64,000 bases of DNA, from positions 7,442,001 to 7,506,000 of the forward strand of contig CM119371.1 in assembly GCA_051294905.1 (NCBI GenBank). Direction: 5' to 3'. The notes under the pieces were generated by a model that was given only the letters and a program-made list of their open reading frames with translations, made no database searches and had not been told where the DNA came from. This document shows, piece by piece, positions 63,617 to 64,000 of the stretch. The translations under genes were made by a program, and so were the position numbers. Every line of letters begins with the position of its first letter. Position 1 is the stretch's first letter. The stretch comes from Botryllus schlosseri (Eukaryota).

Positions 63617-64000
63617 CTGTAACAAAAGGGGGTCAGATTTTTGGGAAACCCGGAGCAGATTGTGACACTGGCTCGATTACAAATATAATTGTAAATAATG
63701 TTTTCCAAATTAGATTAGCATTAGAACGATAGCTACAGTTTCCCCAGATTAGATTACAGAGGTGGTCACTAATGAAGTTTACCTATACTTACAACATTTA
63801 CCAAAGTAGGGCCTAAATCAAATTTTCCGCCACTTTTACTTCTACTGTGTCATGTTTCGTGACTTACCAACTTTTTTCTATTTACAGTTTGTCAAGTAGA
63901 AGTGTAACATTCTTCCAATAAGAGAGATAGAGTGACCAAGATGAAGAAATTCAGGTGCTGCTTTTGTGGAGAGCCCAGATGTTTTCTCGTACTTTGCGCA

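Overview
AT-rich eukaryotic (metazoan) DNA. An ascidian or other marine invertebrate is plausible but cannot be proven from the sequence. The window is a segmental tandem array on the minus strand. It holds four intact single-ORF BTB-BACK-Kelch (KLHL-like Cullin-3 adaptor) genes and a fifth, 5'-deleted copy with a premature stop. Paralogue differences cluster in the predicted substrate-binding kelch loops. The ~9-18 kb repeat unit also carries a decayed, apparently single-exon gene for a signal-peptide, N-glycosylated, FN3-like protein (5 copies, reconstructed by eye) and two spliced-exon relics. Both window ends lie inside equivalent unit sequence, so the array probably continues. The spacers are dense with DNA transposons. 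The main one is a 6-kb Mutator-like element with ~1.1-kb foldback-type arms built of 41-bp subrepeats; its transposase is split by a hAT MITE, and it sits inside a third TIR element. There are also many hAT MITEs with 8-bp TSDs, TTAA (Kolobok-like) and TA elements, a hairpin CATAG-ended element with a 24-bp footprint of the same family, and tRNA-derived SINEs. No CRISPR array, rRNA gene or genuine tRNA gene was seen.
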